This document shows, one piece after another, positions 61,035-64,000 of a stretch of DNA of 64,000 nucleotides. The stretch covers positions 224,001-288,000 of the forward strand of contig CAXXUA010000003.1 of assembly GCA_963663765.2 (NCBI GenBank). Direction: 5' to 3'. This stretch comes from Candidatus Poribacteria bacterium (GTDB lineage Bacteria > Poribacteria > WGA-4E > WGA-3G). The notes below the pieces were generated by a model, which saw nothing but the letters and a program-made list of their open reading frames with translations, searched no databases and had not been told where the DNA came from. The position numbers were made by a program, and so were the translations under genes. Within the stretch, counting starts at the first letter, position 1. Each line of letters starts with the position of its first letter.

Positions 61035-61664
61035 ATGATTGACTTTAATCTTTATGTCATTACAAACAGACACCTCTGTGCACCAAAGTCACTATTGACT
61101 GTCATATCTGAGATTTTAGATGTAGGTGTCAAAGCAATCCAGTTGCGCGAAAAACACTTAGACGATGTTGCTTTGTACAAGTTAGCACACCCCATTTCAA
61201 AGTTGTGTAGAACGAACAACGCGAGACTATTTATTAACACCAATGTACAAGTCGCAATTGATGTAAGAGCAGCGGGTGTACATCTCCCTGATGTTGATGT
61301 ATCTATAGCGGAAATAAAAGCACAATCGGACAGCGATTTTTTGGTTGGTTGTTCGGTACACAGTGTTGATACTGCTAAAAAACGTGAGGTGGAATGCGCT
61401 GATTTTCTAACCTACAGTCCGATCTTTCCTACAACAAGCAAACCCACTTACATACCAGCAGTTGGTATAGAAAACCTTAAGAAGTTAACAGCACAAGTCA
61501 AGTTACCTATATTTGCACTTGGCGGGGTAACGCCAGCACGCGTGAGTGAGTGTTTGAAGACAGGAGCATCAGGTATCGCAGTCATGTCTGGTATTATATC
61601 ATCAACAGATGCAGCAGAACACGCCAAGTCTTATCTTAGCGCGTTGAGTGAATATCAATACTAA
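61035..61664 (+). CDS. thiE: Thiamine-phosphate synthase (ThiE/TenI family)
   Basis: LYVIT, QLREK, GVHL, GCSVH, SPIFPTTSK, ALGG. Confidence 0.8.
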   Translation: MIDFNLYVITNRHLCAPKSLLTVISEILDVGVKAIQLREKHLDDVALYKLAHPISKLCRTNNARLFINTNVQVAIDVRAAGVHLPDVDVSIAEIKAQSDSDFLVGCSVHSVDTAKKREVECADFLTYSPIFPTTSKPTYIPAVGIENLKKLTAQVKLPIFALGGVTPARVSECLKTGASGIAVMSGIISSTDAAEHAKSYLSALSEYQY

Positions 61665-61701
61665 AATACCGCTACATATTTTCAGAGAACCAAAAAATCT
61701 G

Positions 61702-62512
61702 TTAGAATTCGTAACTGATTCCTACTTGTAGGTTTAACGGATTACCTGGTGTAAAGTGTATCTCTGATACCGGTTGTGTTTCATCGGCTAAACGTGACTC
61801 AGTGTCGAACTGTGCTTCGTTCCAATCAACATCAAAGAGGTTTTCAACCGCGACAAAATACTTAAATGCACCATACCCGTAAGAAAGTCCAAGATTCACC
61901 ACTGTATAACCTACAGCAGTCACACTATTGTCCTCATTAGCGGGACGATCACCGATGTGGCGATAACGTAAACTTGTGCTGAAACCGGTAGGATGGATAA
62001 CAGTTAATCCACCTGTTGAAGTAAGTCGAGGAGCCAGTGGGATATGATTTGCTTCAGAGGGTTCATCAACGAATATCCCATTTGACAGGTTCACATCTGC
62101 ATCTATCCACAACCACGAAAGAATCTGTGCACGTCCTTCAATGTCAATACCAATTCGCTGTGATTTACCACTGATTTCGGTTTCCCCCGCATCACCGACA
62201 AAAACCAATTCTTCGTCTAATTCCAACCACCATCCAGCAATCCCAATATTGAATCGTCCCCATAATCTATGACGAGTACCGATTTCAGCACCGATCGCCC
62301 GCGGCAACGTCCGAATGCCAGCGAACTCACGATTGAAATTCACCTCGGTGAGACGTTCAGTAATCTGATTGTCGTCTAATCCTTGATCTGAATATGTCCG
62401 CTCAAGGTTAGAGATAGTTCGTTCAATTACGACATCACGGGCATCGTTGGAGTGAAAACCTGTGCCAAAATTCAGAAACACATCTGACACTTCTATTGGA
62501 CTATAGACTATG
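61702..62512 (-). pseudogene. C-terminal part of a TonB-dependent receptor, interrupted by an IS200/IS605 element
   Basis: GFHSNDAR, ENLFD and terminal ..GISYEF. The reading frame runs directly into the IS right-end hairpin. Confidence 0.8.
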
Positions 62513-62596
62513 GTCGTAGTACCCACTGCCTAAAGGCAGGGGCTTGTGTTTCCTTGCGGACAGCCGATCTGAACTACGTCTTACGTCTGCTCCACT

Positions 62597-63709
62597 TTAG
62601 GCAGCTAAGCCTGCCTGTTTGATATTTATAGCGGCGTTTATGTCTCTATCGTGTTCGGTTTTGCACGTAGGACATGTCCAGTGTCTATCTGAAAGTGTTA
62701 GATTGCCGTTTTTGCGTCCACAGCTGCTACAAGGTTTTGTTGTGGAATCCCATTGCCTAATTTGAACAAGTTTTTTATCATGTTTTGCACACTTGAATTC
62801 CAACAATTGAACAAACTGATAGAAAGCGAGATCACTCACTTTTCGTCCCCAGAGGCGTTTCATGCCGTCTATATTCAGGGTTTCAAAGCACAAGGTATCA
62901 AAATGTCTGCAAAGGTCTGTAGCAAGTTTCCATTGCCAATCTAACCTCTGTCTTGATACTTTCCTATATTGTCTTGACAATGCACGCTTAGCACGATACC
63001 AGTTATTAGAACCCTTGACTTTTCTACTAAAAGACTTGTTCAAAGTTCGCAACTTATTCAGTGATTGTTTCAGATATTGTGGTGATTGTATTTTGTTTCC
63101 ATCTGAGAGTGTGAGATATGTTTTCAATCCGAAATCAAAGCCAGCACTTTCACCTGTCTTTGCTATGGGTTTCGGTGTGTAAACATTATCACAAGAAAAG
63201 CATATCCAGTAATCGCCACACTTGTCACGCTTGATAGTAATTGTTTTGATATCACCTGTTATTTCACGATGTTTATGAAAGGAAAACCACGCATCTATAC
63301 AGTTGATCTTGATACGGTTCCCTTCAAGTTTATAACCTGCCTGTGTAAAGGTCATAGAGTTGTATTTGTGTTGGAGTTTGATTTTCGGTCTACCTACTTT
63401 GCGCGTTGTTTTGTCTGATACTCGTTCTTTGATATTCCGAAAGAACGCATCATACGCTTTGCCCATACGCAGCACAACGTCTTGCACAACTTGACTCGGT
63501 AAGTCTGCCCAATGAGGCTTTGTTCGCTTTTTCAACTTCGCAACATGCGCATTCATTCTATAGGCAGATACGTTTTTGCCATACATACGGTAATATCTAC
63601 GCTGCAATCGCATAATATGCACATGAATCTGGTGCATATCGTCAAGCATATTGCCTAACTTGATAGTGTTCTTTTGATTTTGTATCTTGTATTTATAGGT
63701 TTTTTTCAT
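62597..63709 (-). CDS. tnpB: RNA-guided endonuclease TnpB
   Basis: GFDFGLK, FETLNI, DRDINAA; CSSC...CPTC. Confidence 0.95.
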   Translation of the reverse strand: MKKTYKYKIQNQKNTIKLGNMLDDMHQIHVHIMRLQRRYYRMYGKNVSAYRMNAHVAKLKKRTKPHWADLPSQVVQDVVLRMGKAYDAFFRNIKERVSDKTTRKVGRPKIKLQHKYNSMTFTQAGYKLEGNRIKINCIDAWFSFHKHREITGDIKTITIKRDKCGDYWICFSCDNVYTPKPIAKTGESAGFDFGLKTYLTLSDGNKIQSPQYLKQSLNKLRTLNKSFSRKVKGSNNWYRAKRALSRQYRKVSRQRLDWQWKLATDLCRHFDTLCFETLNIDGMKRLWGRKVSDLAFYQFVQLLEFKCAKHDKKLVQIRQWDSTTKPCSSCGRKNGNLTLSDRHWTCPTCKTEHDRDINAAINIKQAGLAA

Positions 63710-63999
63710 TGTCCGCTTTGACTTTCAATATAGTCTTTTATAACTTCAAGGGTTACACCACCACAAGAACTAACGAATTTTGAACGCGTCCATAAAGACG
63801 GCAAGCGACTTTTCAAACTCGGATATTCTTCACGTAGAACTTTTGACGTATAAGCTTTGATTTTACCGATAACTTTATCAATAGAATCTGTTGGGGGTAT
63901 TTCTATCAGTAAATGGACATGTTCGGGTTGCGTTTCAACTTCCCTGATATAATACCTATATTCGTCCTGTTTTTCTTGTATGAGTTGTTTGAGCCTGCC
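63706..63999 (-). CDS. tnpA: IS200-family Y1 (HUH) transposase, 5' truncated by the window edge
   Basis: My manual translation (not in the ORF track): ...PEHVHLLIE...LPSLWTRSKF...IKDYIESQSGQ*, showing the HUH motif and catalytic Tyr. Confidence 0.92.
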   Translation of the reverse strand, partial: GRLKQLIQEKQDEYRYYIREVETQPEHVHLLIEIPPTDSIDKVIGKIKAYTSKVLREEYPSLKSRLPSLWTRSKFVSSCGGVTLEVIKDYIESQSGQ

Positions 64000-64000
64000 T

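Larger units (their letters stand above)
62513..64000 (-). mobile_element. IS200/IS605 element (tnpA+tnpB), left end outside the window
   Basis: Right-end hairpin cccactgcctaaaggcagggg (62522-62542); tnpA overlaps tnpB at ATGA. Confidence 0.88.

Overview
Bacterial chromosomal window, probably Candidatus Poribacteria. This is an inference from the LamG protein with a TTTWGxxK tail, the membrane-tethered ECF sigma-propeller fusion, and the PhyH dioxygenase, sulfatase and DUF1501 genes. Housekeeping and metabolic genes include ackA, metG, an addB-like gene, rpsT, rsmB, thiE, ubiX/mqnP-like genes and a tricorn protease. Accessory modules are a tandem TPR-STAND-like ATPase / ATPase-HEPN pair, a DUF5131-TcmP pair, an NlaIII/IceA-like restriction-modification cassette whose third gene is truncated by an 18-bp duplication, an ElbD-like lipid megasynthase, and two IS200/IS605 elements. 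One of these IS elements interrupts a TonB-dependent receptor gene. Intergenic DNA is a nested set of MITEs carrying REP palindromes. Inside them I find a family of 34-56 nt hairpin+GTTGAT(T)TG micro-insertions that mostly land at CC^G sites, show compensatory stem changes, and in one case are amplified into a 27-bp tandem array. I recognised no rRNA, tRNA or CRISPR array. All calls come from reading motifs by eye; no database searches were run.
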